A DNA stretch of 64,000 nucleotides from Bacteroidales bacterium (GTDB lineage Bacteria > Bacteroidota > Bacteroidia > Bacteroidales > JAFGHD01). The DNA lies in contig JAFGHD010000020.1 in the NCBI GenBank assembly GCA_016939365.1, forward strand, positions 1,758-65,757, in the 5' to 3' direction. Both the position numbers and the translations under genes were made by a program. The notes beneath the pieces are model-generated. The model saw nothing but the letters and a program-made list of their open reading frames with translations. It searched no databases and had not been told where the DNA came from. Positions 40,116 through 50,363 of the stretch are shown in pieces (the stretch's first letter is position 1; the number at the start of each line of letters is the position of its first letter).

Positions 40116-40742
40116 TTACAAAATCGCCACCAATCTGATGCTCCAACCCAGGTTCATCGAGAGGACGATAGGGAAATCTTCCCATCCGGAAACCATCATC
40201 GAATACATTTTGTTAAAATTCAGCAATTTGATTGCAGGAAATGCATTGACCCCGCCAAATCTCTGATCGGTAACCACAGGAAATTCCGTAAGGGCATTTT
40301 CAAAACTCTTGTTATCCTGATCTCCGAAGTAGGCAACAAATTTCAGCGGTTCCTCCTCCCCCATATCGAATGTGACGGTTTTTCCTTCTTTGAGGGACCG
40401 GTAGGCCGCTTGTGAGACCCACCCGGATGTTTGGTCTGTCAGAGTATAATTTCCATCCGAATAATAATTCATCATTGCTGTTGCCTTCTCAAGGGCCTCC
40501 CGGGTCATGGTCAGTGTGCCTCCCGACATATTGTGCGTCATCATCCACTGCATGGTGACGCTGTCGGCAGACAGATGCTTCAACTTGATGATAAACAGGT
40601 ACACTGATCCTTCATAATCAACCTGATAGACAAAGATGGTACCGGGTTGTGCAACGGCCTCCTTGAAATCTTTTTGTGCATGAACCGGACCCGCCAGCCA
40701 TGCAATCAATAAGGTCAATGTCAATGTGAAGATCTTTTTCAT
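40116..40742 (-). CDS. Secreted hypothetical protein
   Basis: MKKIF...VHAQ SPI signal peptide with +1 Gln, and a beta-rich mature domain. Confidence 0.75.
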   Translation of the reverse strand: MKKIFTLTLTLLIAWLAGPVHAQKDFKEAVAQPGTIFVYQVDYEGSVYLFIIKLKHLSADSVTMQWMMTHNMSGGTLTMTREALEKATAMMNYYSDGNYTLTDQTSGWVSQAAYRSLKEGKTVTFDMGEEEPLKFVAYFGDQDNKSFENALTEFPVVTDQRFGGVNAFPAIKLLNFNKMYSMMVSGWEDFPIVLSMNLGWSIRLVAIL

Positions 40743-40776
40743 AGTTTCCGGTTTTTATCAGAACAAAAATAGGAAA

Positions 40777-43700
40777 TCAAAACCACCTGACAAGGTTCAG
40801 ATCATGCCTGTAAGGTAACAGCGGAGATTTAGGTGCAATCCGGAAGGCAAACTCAAATATACCGGAAGCTGTCATCGGGAAATCACACTCGTAGACAGCA
40901 TACGGATTTTTCTTTTCCCGCAGATCAAGTTCGTTTGTATACCAGGGACAATCCACATGATCATTGATCCGGCGTCCGAATATCACCTCTGCCCTGATTT
41001 CCTCAGGGGGTATTTCTCCGGTTTTCAGGACCAATGTGGCTTTGAAATTCTGCCCCATGGTCAGGGAACTCTGAATATTTCCGGGGATATCAATTGAAAC
41101 CAGTTCAATGTCATCCCAGAACCGCCGGATCTTTCTTTTCCAGCCCGTGATCTCGCGAGCCAGGGTATAATCGTTGTGGATCAGTTTGGTGTTTCGCTGG
41201 CGGAGTTTATGGTAATATTGCCCGGTGTAATCATCCAGCATCCGCTTCATTGTGAAATGAGGTGCGATCTGGGCCATGCTGTTCCTTACAAATTTGAGCC
41301 AGCCACCCGGAATACCCTTATTGTTCCTGGTGAAAAAGAGGGGTATGATTTCCTCCTGAAGCAGGTTAAGGATTGTCTCTGCGTCAAGTTCGTCCTGATA
41401 TTGTTGATTTGCATAAATCCTGGCTTCATTCAGGGCCCATCCTGCGTTTTCTTTGAAACCCTCCGACCACCAACCATCCAGGACGCTCAGGTTCAGCACT
41501 CCGTTCATCACAGCCTTCTGCCCGCTGGTTCCTGAGGCCTCCAGCGGTCTGGTCGGTGTATTCAGCCAGACGTCAACGCCTGCGATGAGATTTCGGGCCA
41601 GGTGCATATCATAATTCTCGAGGAAAATGACCTTTCCGAGAAAGCGTGGATTCTTCGAAATGGTCACGATCCTCTGGATCAGATCCTGACCCGGCTTGTC
41701 GTTGGGATGTGCCTTTCCTGCAAAGATGAAACGCACCGGGCGCTCGGGGTCATTGACGATCTCTTCCAGCCGGTCGGTGTTCCCAAAAAGGAGATGTGCC
41801 CTTTTATAGGTGGCAAATCTCCTGGCAAAACCAATATAAAGTGCCTCTTCGCTGATCTCATTCAGGGTTTCGATAATGATCCTCGGATTTTCCTGCCGTT
41901 TGGTCAGGTCGGAGTTGATCTTCTTTTTCAGAAAGCGGGTCATGACCGATTTGGAAGCCTTCCGTTCTTCCCAGAGTTCCTCATCTCCGATCTGAAACAC
42001 CCGTTCCCAATGTTCCGGACTATTGACCTGGCTGACGAAATCCTTCCCGAAATACTTCCTGTGGAGTTCCTGCCAATTGCGGGCTGTCCAGGTTCCGTAA
42101 TGCACACCGTTGGTAACATGACCGATATGGAGTTCGCCAGGGAAATAGCCCGGGTACAGATCCCTGAAAATCTCACGGGTCACCCTTTCGTGGATTTTGC
42201 TGACCCCGTTTGCCTCCTGACACAGCTTCATGGCCAGTATGCTCATTGAAAACCGTCCGTCCTGCGCACTTCCATCGATCTGTCCCATGTTCATGAACTC
42301 CCTCCAGGATATCCGCAGCCTGTCGGCATAGTGGGGAATATATGTACGAAGGATGTCTTCACTGAAGGTGTCATGGCCTGCCGGCACCGGCGTATGCGTT
42401 GTGAAAAGGGAAGATGACCGGACTACCTCAAGAGCCACCTCAAAGGGAAGGTTGTCATACTGAACATACATCCGCAGTCTTTCAAGCCCGGCAAAGGAGG
42501 CATGTCCTTCGTTCAGATGGAGTATATCGGGTTTCACGCCCATTGCGTCCAGAAGCCTCATACCCCCGACACCGAGCAACAGCTCCTGCTTGAAACGGTT
42601 CTCCCAGTCGCCGCCATAAAGATGGTAAGTAATGGCCCGGTCTTCGGCCGTGTTTTCATCAATATCCGTATCCAGTAGGTAAAGCGGTATCCTCCCCACA
42701 TCAACCCGCCATGCACGGGCTGTAAGAGACCTCCCTGGAAATACAATACTGATCTTCAGTGGATTGCCCTTGTCATCGTTGACCTCCTGAATGGGAAGTG
42801 TGGAGAACTTCTGCGGGATATACAAGTTGAGCTGATCTCCATGAAGGGAGATGCTTTGCTGGAAATATCCATACCTGTAAAGGATACCGACACCGATCAT
42901 GTGTACATTGGAATCACTTGCTTCCTTGAGGAAATCCCCGGCCAGAACACCGAGACCTCCCGAATAGATGGTTAGTGATTCATGCAGGCCATACTCCATG
43001 GAGAAATATGCGATCCGTGGATCATTTCCAGGAAAATCCTGAGATATATATTCGTTGAATTGTTCCAGCACAGTGGCCAGTTTCTTCTGGAATCCCACAT
43101 TTTTCTCAAGGTTTGCCCATTGTACCGAGTCGAGCGAATCCAGCAGTGAGAGTGGGTTTTGCCTGTGCTTTTCCCATAAATCCACATCAATCAACCGGAA
43201 AAGCTCTTCCGCCTGGGGATTCCATGACCACCACAGGTTCATGGCCAGTTTATGCAGAGCTTCCATCGATTCCGGATAGCTGGGACGGATATTTATCTGG
43301 CGCCACTCCGGCTCAAACCTTGGTAATCTGGGGGAAACGGGAGGAACGGCCTTTTCTGCAGCTTTCTTTGTAACGAACAGATCCTTCCTTCCTTCCACTT
43401 TTTCAAGGGCTACACTGTAGGCTTCCCTGTAATGATCATAAAGGGTATTCCATGTGATCCCGGCTGCAATTTCCAGTGCCTCCATTCTGGTGCTTTCCAG
43501 CATGTCCGGTGAATATGCGGCGAACTGAAGAATGGCTTCGGCTATATCCCCTACGGCCTTCTCATCATTTCCATCCATCCGGTCAAGAATAGTCACGGCA
43601 TTCGTTTTTCCCGGGAATTCACCGGCGACCCACTTGCCGAAGCCAGCCAGGGAGGTAGTTATGGTAGGTATCCCGAAAGCCACGCTTTCCATAGGTGTAT

Positions 43701-45078
43701 AACCCCAGGGCTCGTAGTAGGAGGGAAACACGGTCTGGTCGAATCCCAGAAGGAAATGATAATAGGGTATGTTGAAGATGCCATCGTCTCCATTCAGGTA
43801 TGCCGGGATGAAAAAAGCATTTACAGCATCACCGGCTTTGTTGTGAATTCCTTTCTGCAAAAGGTTGCTGATGATCTGGTCTGAGGCGGGATCCATCAGC
43901 AAATGAGTCAAATAGATACTACCACTCTGGGAATCAGGACTATTTTTGGGCTCCTCACTGAGAATATCCATTCTTGGTCCGGTCTGATATGCAGGTATGG
44001 CGAAGAAAACGAGAATCTGCCGTTCGGTCTTCCTGTCCCTGACTTTGGCCAGTGCATCAATCAGGAGGTCGATACCCTTGTTCCTGTATTCATAACGGCC
44101 GCTGGTGAGAACCAGCCAGGCATTCCGGCCGATTTTACGGCCCAGGACAGCTTCGGCAACACGAATGATCCGGTTACGGATATCCTCCCGGCTGGTCTGG
44201 CGGGAAACGGGATCCGGGATGAGGCCGGGATCAAACCCGTTCGGGGTGATGATATCAGGCGATCGTTGCAGAAAGCGGCGACATTCGGAAGCGGTCACCT
44301 CACTCACAGTAGCAAAGGAATCAGCCTCCTGTGATGCGGTCTTTTCCAATGAGTGTTTGGAAACCACTCCAAAGCGCCTTATCAGCGACTCCAGATCAAG
44401 TTTATCGGGCTCATGGTAGAGGGGCAGCCCGTTACCTGCAATGGCACGGCCGGCAACTGTGGCATGGGTCGTGAAGACTGTGCCTACCTGAGGCACTTTA
44501 TCCTTCAGGTAAAGCACCCCGGCGCCCGTCATCCACTCATGAAAATGAGCAATGACACGGTCTGAAGCTGACAAATAGTATTCATAAAAACTTTCGATCA
44601 CCTTGCCTGCCGCATACCCAAAAAGGGCCGGTTCCACATAATCCCATTGTCCCTGGAGCGAGTCCAGTTTGTAAAGCTCCCAGAATTTGGAAAATATCCT
44701 GTCTTTTTCAGGGAAAAAGGGAGTAAAATCAACCAGGATGGCGATGGGTTTTCCCGGCACATTCCATCTTCCGACTCTCAGCCTCAGGCCTTCCTGCTCG
44801 GCCTTACTCCTCCATCCCGGCAAGAGAGACCTGTCCTCTGAGAAATCCGGGTGTTCCGGTGTTTCCTTCCAGACATCCGGGCCGATCATGAAATACCTCT
44901 CCTTAAGGTCTTTGACAACGATCGGTGCCTTGCTGGAAATTACGGTATAAATTCCACCGATCTTGTTGCACACTTCCCAACTGATCTCAAATAGATAATC
45001 CGGTCTGTTCAATTTCATCGTTCCTGTTTCATCATTTAGTCCGGGCAAAAATATCCCTTTGATTTTCTTTACGGACAC
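40777..45078 (-). CDS. glgP: Fusion of GT3 glycogen synthase and GT35 alpha-glucan phosphorylase
   Basis: N-half has WEVCNKIGGIYTV, HFHEW and FPSYYEPWGYTPMES. C-half has NLWWSW, YFSMEYG, YSGGLGVLAGD, HLNEGH, ARRFATYKR and EASGTSGQK. The start may be ATG 45018. Confidence 0.93.
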   Translation of the reverse strand: MSVKKIKGIFLPGLNDETGTMKLNRPDYLFEISWEVCNKIGGIYTVISSKAPIVVKDLKERYFMIGPDVWKETPEHPDFSEDRSLLPGWRSKAEQEGLRLRVGRWNVPGKPIAILVDFTPFFPEKDRIFSKFWELYKLDSLQGQWDYVEPALFGYAAGKVIESFYEYYLSASDRVIAHFHEWMTGAGVLYLKDKVPQVGTVFTTHATVAGRAIAGNGLPLYHEPDKLDLESLIRRFGVVSKHSLEKTASQEADSFATVSEVTASECRRFLQRSPDIITPNGFDPGLIPDPVSRQTSREDIRNRIIRVAEAVLGRKIGRNAWLVLTSGRYEYRNKGIDLLIDALAKVRDRKTERQILVFFAIPAYQTGPRMDILSEEPKNSPDSQSGSIYLTHLLMDPASDQIISNLLQKGIHNKAGDAVNAFFIPAYLNGDDGIFNIPYYHFLLGFDQTVFPSYYEPWGYTPMESVAFGIPTITTSLAGFGKWVAGEFPGKTNAVTILDRMDGNDEKAVGDIAEAILQFAAYSPDMLESTRMEALEIAAGITWNTLYDHYREAYSVALEKVEGRKDLFVTKKAAEKAVPPVSPRLPRFEPEWRQINIRPSYPESMEALHKLAMNLWWSWNPQAEELFRLIDVDLWEKHRQNPLSLLDSLDSVQWANLEKNVGFQKKLATVLEQFNEYISQDFPGNDPRIAYFSMEYGLHESLTIYSGGLGVLAGDFLKEASDSNVHMIGVGILYRYGYFQQSISLHGDQLNLYIPQKFSTLPIQEVNDDKGNPLKISIVFPGRSLTARAWRVDVGRIPLYLLDTDIDENTAEDRAITYHLYGGDWENRFKQELLLGVGGMRLLDAMGVKPDILHLNEGHASFAGLERLRMYVQYDNLPFEVALEVVRSSSLFTTHTPVPAGHDTFSEDILRTYIPHYADRLRISWREFMNMGQIDGSAQDGRFSMSILAMKLCQEANGVSKIHERVTREIFRDLYPGYFPGELHIGHVTNGVHYGTWTARNWQELHRKYFGKDFVSQVNSPEHWERVFQIGDEELWEERKASKSVMTRFLKKKINSDLTKRQENPRIIIETLNEISEEALYIGFARRFATYKRAHLLFGNTDRLEEIVNDPERPVRFIFAGKAHPNDKPGQDLIQRIVTISKNPRFLGKVIFLENYDMHLARNLIAGVDVWLNTPTRPLEASGTSGQKAVMNGVLNLSVLDGWWSEGFKENAGWALNEARIYANQQYQDELDAETILNLLQEEIIPLFFTRNNKGIPGGWLKFVRNSMAQIAPHFTMKRMLDDYTGQYYHKLRQRNTKLIHNDYTLAREITGWKRKIRRFWDDIELVSIDIPGNIQSSLTMGQNFKATLVLKTGEIPPEEIRAEVIFGRRINDHVDCPWYTNELDLREKKNPYAVYECDFPMTASGIFEFAFRIAPKSPLLPYRHDLNLVRWF

Positions 45079-45213
45079 ATTTCTTCTTCATATAAGAAAT
45101 GCGCCATCAATACCACCTGTTTATAAGCCATGCAAATCCAAAAGGAGACTCTTATGTCCATAATCAGCATTGATCACCGCCGGAAACGGGAAGCCGGTGA
45201 GTCCGGCGGGGTT

Positions 45214-46746
45214 TCAGGAAATATCAGAAAGGATAGCTGATAACCTTGACAAAGCCTGTCTGATCCGTGTACGTCCTGCCTCGGCGGCGTCTTCCGACAT
45301 CTCTTTCACCTTCTTTTTCTTCCCTTCACTGATATATTTCATCACCCGTTCCGTTGCAGCCGGATCGATTTCCCTGATAAGGACAGATAAATCGAACGGG
45401 TCAGCCTTGCTGATAAACTTCCTGAGGTCCTTGACTTTCAGCCCCAACAAATCAGGGTATGCAACCGTTTTTCCGGGTCTCATCACAGCGGAGACTTTGA
45501 CGGATGGTGCGGTTGATCTGACGCGGATTCCGGAAGCCGGACCCGGCATGTCTTCCTGGACGGCTTCATCCAGTCTGATCATAAAATCAGACAGGACATT
45601 CATGTAATTGATAAAAGCTTCGTAGGGTGTCGCGTAAGGGTTGAAGTACCTGTGGACATCGCCGTCGGAGAACCATTTGGTACACATGTAGTAAAAATGG
45701 TCGCTCGCCTGAAGATTGTTCCAGTCGTTCAGTAGCCGGCCGTCCCTGCACTGACGGACTTGATCTGAAATGCTGTAGAGTCTCGCGAATGCCTCATCCT
45801 GCATCTCATTGCCCAGCCAGGCGGTCAGGTCCCGTTCCTCGTCGGCCCAGGATATCGGGTGCGGAACGGATATTTCAGCAACAGGCCGGTGCATGGAGGA
45901 CAATTCAGCGGGAGTCCGGAAAGCAAAATCAGAATCCTTTAGCAACATTCCGGGTAGGGATTCCATGAACTGGAAAATACCCGAATCAGCCGGCTGATGC
46001 TCTCCCAGGGTCTCGTAATCAATGAAAATATTTACGATTTCCTGATCCTGATCCAGGTTGTTGATCCATCCCGCATATTTTTCTGCAGTGAGCGGCCATT
46101 CATTCCAGCTTTTGTCTGAAAACCGGAAGGCAATATCATCACTCAACCTGAAATTCTTGAGGAGCAGGTTCAGCCCTGTCCTGGTCGGATTACGATACAG
46201 ATAATTCGGGCTTTTCCATCCGAGTATGTGTTTAGCCCCCTCAGTAAGCAAAGTATTATATCCCATATCATACACCATCTCTCCGATCTGATCGGAGTAA
46301 ACCAGCTCGGTATTCCTGAAAGTAGCAGGCCTGATGCCAAAAAGCTCATTCATTTTGTGGCTGTGGGCCTCCACCTGGCGGATGAATTCCTCTTTGCTGA
46401 CCAGGGATGCAAGCGAATGGGCATAGGTCTCGGTGAGAAATTCCACAGATCCGGTAGCAGCAAGTTCCTTAAAGCTATCGAGCACAGCAGGGGCAAACAT
46501 CTCAAACTGATCGACCGCCAGACCCGAAATGGAGTAACTGATCCGGAACCGGTCCCCGTATTTTCCGATCAGGTTGAGCATCATTCTGTTGGCAGGCAGA
46601 TAACATTTGTCCGCGATCCTTTGCATGATAGACCGGTTGAGGAAATCATCGTAATAATAATGATCTGAACCAATGTCGAAAAACCGGTAGGTTCTCAGCC
46701 TGAAAGGCTGGTGTACCTGAAAGTACAGACAGATTGATCTCATCAA
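45214..46746 (-). CDS. Glycoside hydrolase family 57 (alpha-amylase-like) with a FliG-C-like C-terminal extension
   Basis: QVHQP, ETYAHSL, FRNTEL, DYETLGEH and SDHFYYM motifs, plus an extra domain of about 80 aa after a Pro/Ser linker. Confidence 0.9.
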   Translation of the reverse strand: MMRSICLYFQVHQPFRLRTYRFFDIGSDHYYYDDFLNRSIMQRIADKCYLPANRMMLNLIGKYGDRFRISYSISGLAVDQFEMFAPAVLDSFKELAATGSVEFLTETYAHSLASLVSKEEFIRQVEAHSHKMNELFGIRPATFRNTELVYSDQIGEMVYDMGYNTLLTEGAKHILGWKSPNYLYRNPTRTGLNLLLKNFRLSDDIAFRFSDKSWNEWPLTAEKYAGWINNLDQDQEIVNIFIDYETLGEHQPADSGIFQFMESLPGMLLKDSDFAFRTPAELSSMHRPVAEISVPHPISWADEERDLTAWLGNEMQDEAFARLYSISDQVRQCRDGRLLNDWNNLQASDHFYYMCTKWFSDGDVHRYFNPYATPYEAFINYMNVLSDFMIRLDEAVQEDMPGPASGIRVRSTAPSVKVSAVMRPGKTVAYPDLLGLKVKDLRKFISKADPFDLSVLIREIDPAATERVMKYISEGKKKKVKEMSEDAAEAGRTRIRQALSRLSAILSDIS

Positions 46747-48047
46747 ATATGATTTTCTTTGCTATTGGCAACAACATCCCTGTACACTTCCACAATATGG
46801 GATGCAGCATTTTCCCACTTCAGATGATCAACTTCAGCCCGGCCATACCGAACAAACATCTTGGAGAGTGCCGGATAATGGATCAGGCCATAAATGGCAT
46901 CTGCCATACCATTGACATCCCAGAAATCCACCTTGATGGCATGCTTGAGTACTTCCGCCACGCCGGATTGCTTGGAGACAACAACGGGCACATTGGTTCT
47001 CATAGCTTCCAGGGGAACCAGCCCGAAGGGTTCTGATACGGATGGCATGACAAAGACATCGCTCATGGCGAACATCCTGTCCACATCATCTCCCCTCAGA
47101 AAACCTGCGAAGTGGAACCTGTCGGCTATTTTCAGCTGTGCTACGCGCCGTACCATTTTATACAGCAAATCCCCTGAACCGGCCATAACAAAACGGATAT
47201 TACGGTCTCTGGTGAGCACCTTATGTGCTGCTTCAATAAAATACTCAGGTCCTTTCTGGAAAGTGATCCTGCCCAGAAATGAAACAATATACTCCCTGAC
47301 GTTTTTTTGTGTGTTGAGCAATTCAGGTTTCTCAATTGTTTCAATGGCATTATGTACAGTGACCACCTTATCGGGATTGATACCATACCGGTCGATCACA
47401 ATACGGCGGGTAAGGTGGCTGACTGCGATGACACAGTCGGCGGCCTCCATTCCGCGACGTTCAATATCATAGACCAGGGAGTTGATATTTTCACCAGATC
47501 TGTCAAATTCCGTTGCATGAATATGGACAACCAGGGGTTTTCCGCTCATTCTTTTCGCGGCAATACCGGCATAATAAGTCAACCAGTCGTGGGAATGGAT
47601 AATGTCGAACTCATGCTGGGCGGCAATGGCACCACCTACCAGTGCATACCTTGACACCTCCTCCATCAGGTTCTGTCCGTATTTACCTGAAAAGTGGTAT
47701 TTTGCTGAGAACACCCGGTTCCGGAGTTCTTTTTCTTCCCTGACGGTTTCGCGGTATATTCGTTCAAATTCCTCCGGGCCCAGATAGGGAACCAGGTTGG
47801 CTCCCACTTCGATATAGCTGAGGTTGTGTGCCAGCTGGCGGAATTCCTGGTCATAGATGTTCACAGCTACATCACTTGCATTGATGAGACGGACTGCCTG
47901 CTGGTCTTCATCGCCGAAGGCTCTGGGAACCACAAAAAGAACCTGAACGCCGTGCTTCATCAGGCCTTTGGTCATCCCATAGCATGCGGTGCCCAGCCCC
48001 CCTGAGATATGGGGTGGAAACTCCCAGCCGAACATCAGTACCCTCAT
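46743..48047 (-). CDS. GT4 glycosyltransferase (glycogen synthase-like)
   Basis: GWEFPPHISGGLG, HSHDW, LGRITFQKG and PSVSEPFGLVPLEA motifs. Confidence 0.9.
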   Translation of the reverse strand: MRVLMFGWEFPPHISGGLGTACYGMTKGLMKHGVQVLFVVPRAFGDEDQQAVRLINASDVAVNIYDQEFRQLAHNLSYIEVGANLVPYLGPEEFERIYRETVREEKELRNRVFSAKYHFSGKYGQNLMEEVSRYALVGGAIAAQHEFDIIHSHDWLTYYAGIAAKRMSGKPLVVHIHATEFDRSGENINSLVYDIERRGMEAADCVIAVSHLTRRIVIDRYGINPDKVVTVHNAIETIEKPELLNTQKNVREYIVSFLGRITFQKGPEYFIEAAHKVLTRDRNIRFVMAGSGDLLYKMVRRVAQLKIADRFHFAGFLRGDDVDRMFAMSDVFVMPSVSEPFGLVPLEAMRTNVPVVVSKQSGVAEVLKHAIKVDFWDVNGMADAIYGLIHYPALSKMFVRYGRAEVDHLKWENAASHIVEVYRDVVANSKENHI

Positions 48048-50005
48048 GATGCAACAGTGTGTTTACAAAGGATATCAATGAGATATTTCATTCTTAAAAG
48101 CTCGGCCACACTCCATGCCTGTGAGATTGAGCCCCTTGGTCTGTGGGGAGGGTCTCCATCATAAATCTCAGAAATACTGCCCACTCCATGTTCAGCCAGC
48201 TCATCTTCAAAACCATAGTAAAGCTTTCTAATGAGCGGCAATCCTGATCTCCCGTGAAGGCGGAGATATCCTTCGGCAAAATGGCCCAACATCCATGGAA
48301 AAACGGATCCCTGATGATAGGCTGTATCACGCTGGGCGGAACTTCCTTCATATATGCCCCTGTATTCCGGATGATCGGGGGCGAGAGATCTTAATCCCCT
48401 GATTGTCAATAGCTCACTTTCAATATGATCGAACACCTTTTTCCTGACATCCTCAGGAACAGGGGAATAAAGCAGGGATGCGGTAAAAATCTGGTTTGGT
48501 CTGAAACTCCAGTCCGGCTTCCCGTTATACACTACATCGGCCAGGTATCCTTTCTCCTCATTCCAAAAAACCTTCATGAATGATGCTGGAATACTCCGTG
48601 CCAGCTCCAGCCAATCTGAGACAGCCCCCTGATACTTTGAATCCCTGAAAAGATCCAGGGTAAACATGATGGCATGATACCATAGGGCATTGAGATCAAC
48701 AGCCAGGCCAGTGCGCGGTGTAACGGGCATCCCTTCCACCACGGCATTCATCCATGTCACGGGTTTCCCCTCTATGCCTGCACCCAAAAGTCCATCCTCC
48801 TGCATATGGATCTGGTGTGAAGTCCCCTTTCGGTATTCCGAGAGTATCATCCGGATCAGTTCCCCGTAACGCTTCCTGATCCTTTCACGGTCACCCGTGA
48901 ACTGCACGTATTGCTGCAAAGCCCAGATGAACCACAGTGATGTGTCTGCGGACTCGTAAAATGATTCATTCCCCTTTCTGTAATCAGGGAAAAAAGGGCC
49001 CTTCATGCGACGGACCATGGTGTCGATAACAGAGAAGAAAGTCAGGTGGTCATTGCGGGTGAGCATAAGGCCGGGAATTGAGATGAATGTGTCGCGGCCG
49101 ATCACATCAAACCAGGGGTAGCCGGCAATGATTTCAGTATCTCCGTTGCGCCTGATGACAAACTGGTCTCCCGAATTATGAAGGCAGTGCTCAAAACTGT
49201 CACGGGGGGTCCTCGATCTGAGTTCCTTACTGAAAAGCCTTTTCAGCGTGGAGGGATCCTTGCCGGAAATCCCGGCTGAAAACATCACACTCTCCCCCTT
49301 TTTTATGTCCAGCTCGAAGTATCCGGGGACCCACAGATCTTCCTTGAAATCATATCCCCGTTCCTCCTCCCGGTCATATTCCAGGCCGAAATACCAGTCC
49401 GGGGCATGGTGATACTCCACCTGTTTGGAGAACTGCATGTAAACGGGTGTGTAGTTAGGGTACAAGCTCATCATGATCCCGTTGGGAATGGAATCATACC
49501 CGGTACGCACATCGGAATTTGCGCTGCTCAGCATGTGGCGCTGTCTGAATGCCAGGAAAGGCCTTAAGCGGAGTTTTGTGGGAGAATGGGCTTCTACCAA
49601 ACTGTACCTGATCAGGATTCGGTCGTCAATGGAGGAAAAAACCCGCTCGACCGTCAGTACCACCCCGCCAACGGTGTAGGTCAGATGCGGAATCGGATCC
49701 GATCTGAAATCCCTGATGTATTTGTGCCCTTTCGGATTGTACAGGTTATTCCGGTACTTGTGTATGCCGAGGTTGAATTCAGCATTACGCTGTATTACAG
49801 TAACATCCAGAGAAGAAAGCAAAACATGAAGCTCGTGATCGATCTCCGGTTGACGAACGATCAGTAATCCATGATACTTCCTTGTATTACAGCCAACAAT
49901 CGTCGTTGTCGCAAACGACCCCATACGGTTTGACCTGATAAGCTCCTTCGAGAGTGAATACTCAAGATTGACCAGTTCATTCTTATCAAATTCAATATAT
50001 CCCAT
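48044..50005 (-). CDS. Glycogen debranching enzyme (amylo-alpha-1,6-glucosidase, GDE_N + GDE_C)
   Basis: NTRKYHGLL, IIAGYPWF, GRDTFIS, TWM, RPNQ, YHQGSVFPW, SEIYDG and SQAWSVAE motifs. TATATTTG box at 50034-50041. Confidence 0.93.
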   Translation of the reverse strand: MGYIEFDKNELVNLEYSLSKELIRSNRMGSFATTTIVGCNTRKYHGLLIVRQPEIDHELHVLLSSLDVTVIQRNAEFNLGIHKYRNNLYNPKGHKYIRDFRSDPIPHLTYTVGGVVLTVERVFSSIDDRILIRYSLVEAHSPTKLRLRPFLAFRQRHMLSSANSDVRTGYDSIPNGIMMSLYPNYTPVYMQFSKQVEYHHAPDWYFGLEYDREEERGYDFKEDLWVPGYFELDIKKGESVMFSAGISGKDPSTLKRLFSKELRSRTPRDSFEHCLHNSGDQFVIRRNGDTEIIAGYPWFDVIGRDTFISIPGLMLTRNDHLTFFSVIDTMVRRMKGPFFPDYRKGNESFYESADTSLWFIWALQQYVQFTGDRERIRKRYGELIRMILSEYRKGTSHQIHMQEDGLLGAGIEGKPVTWMNAVVEGMPVTPRTGLAVDLNALWYHAIMFTLDLFRDSKYQGAVSDWLELARSIPASFMKVFWNEEKGYLADVVYNGKPDWSFRPNQIFTASLLYSPVPEDVRKKVFDHIESELLTIRGLRSLAPDHPEYRGIYEGSSAQRDTAYHQGSVFPWMLGHFAEGYLRLHGRSGLPLIRKLYYGFEDELAEHGVGSISEIYDGDPPHRPRGSISQAWSVAELLRMKYLIDILCKHTVAS

Positions 50006-50138
50006 CGCGCAGTTCGTGAGTATTTATACCTGACAAATATAGAACAAAACCTCCACCCTTTGTGACAGGGTGCCATGGAAGAGAAAAACAATTACACATA
50101 CATGTGATCACTGCCCGGGAGACAGACGGTGAACTGGC

Positions 50139-50363
50139 TCATCGAAAGAAATTGCGCCGGATGTCATGAAGTCTCTTTAGAGAATAAACTGCTGCCGCGA
50201 CCATGATCCATAAGATGCCGCCATCCATCGGTGCCCCTCCTCCAACCGGCAAATCTCCTGAACCGGGACCACCTCCGGGATTGGGAGGTTCATCGGGAAA
50301 AACTGATGATGAAACGAGAACAAAGAATATCACAATAAGCAATGTCGCTGGTATTTTTTTCAT
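50139..50363 (-). CDS. Stand-alone PID-CTERM-like protein-sorting microprotein
   Basis: MKK plus hydrophobic signal, Pro/Gly linker, APMDGG, TM helix and basic tail KRL...RR. Start moved to ATG 50363. Confidence 0.75.
   Translation of the reverse strand: MKKIPATLLIVIFFVLVSSSVFPDEPPNPGGGPGSGDLPVGGGAPMDGGILWIMVAAAVYSLKRLHDIRRNFFR

Noticed and set aside
45177-45209. CCGCCGGA/TCCGGCGG hairpin after the GH57 gene as a terminator
   Set aside because: The loop is 17 nt and there is no U-tract on the coding strand.
50139-50363. Microprotein as a methanobactin-like precursor for the adjacent MbnP/MbnH locus
   Set aside because: It has no Cys residues, there is no mbnBC, and its architecture is that of a C-terminal sorting signal.
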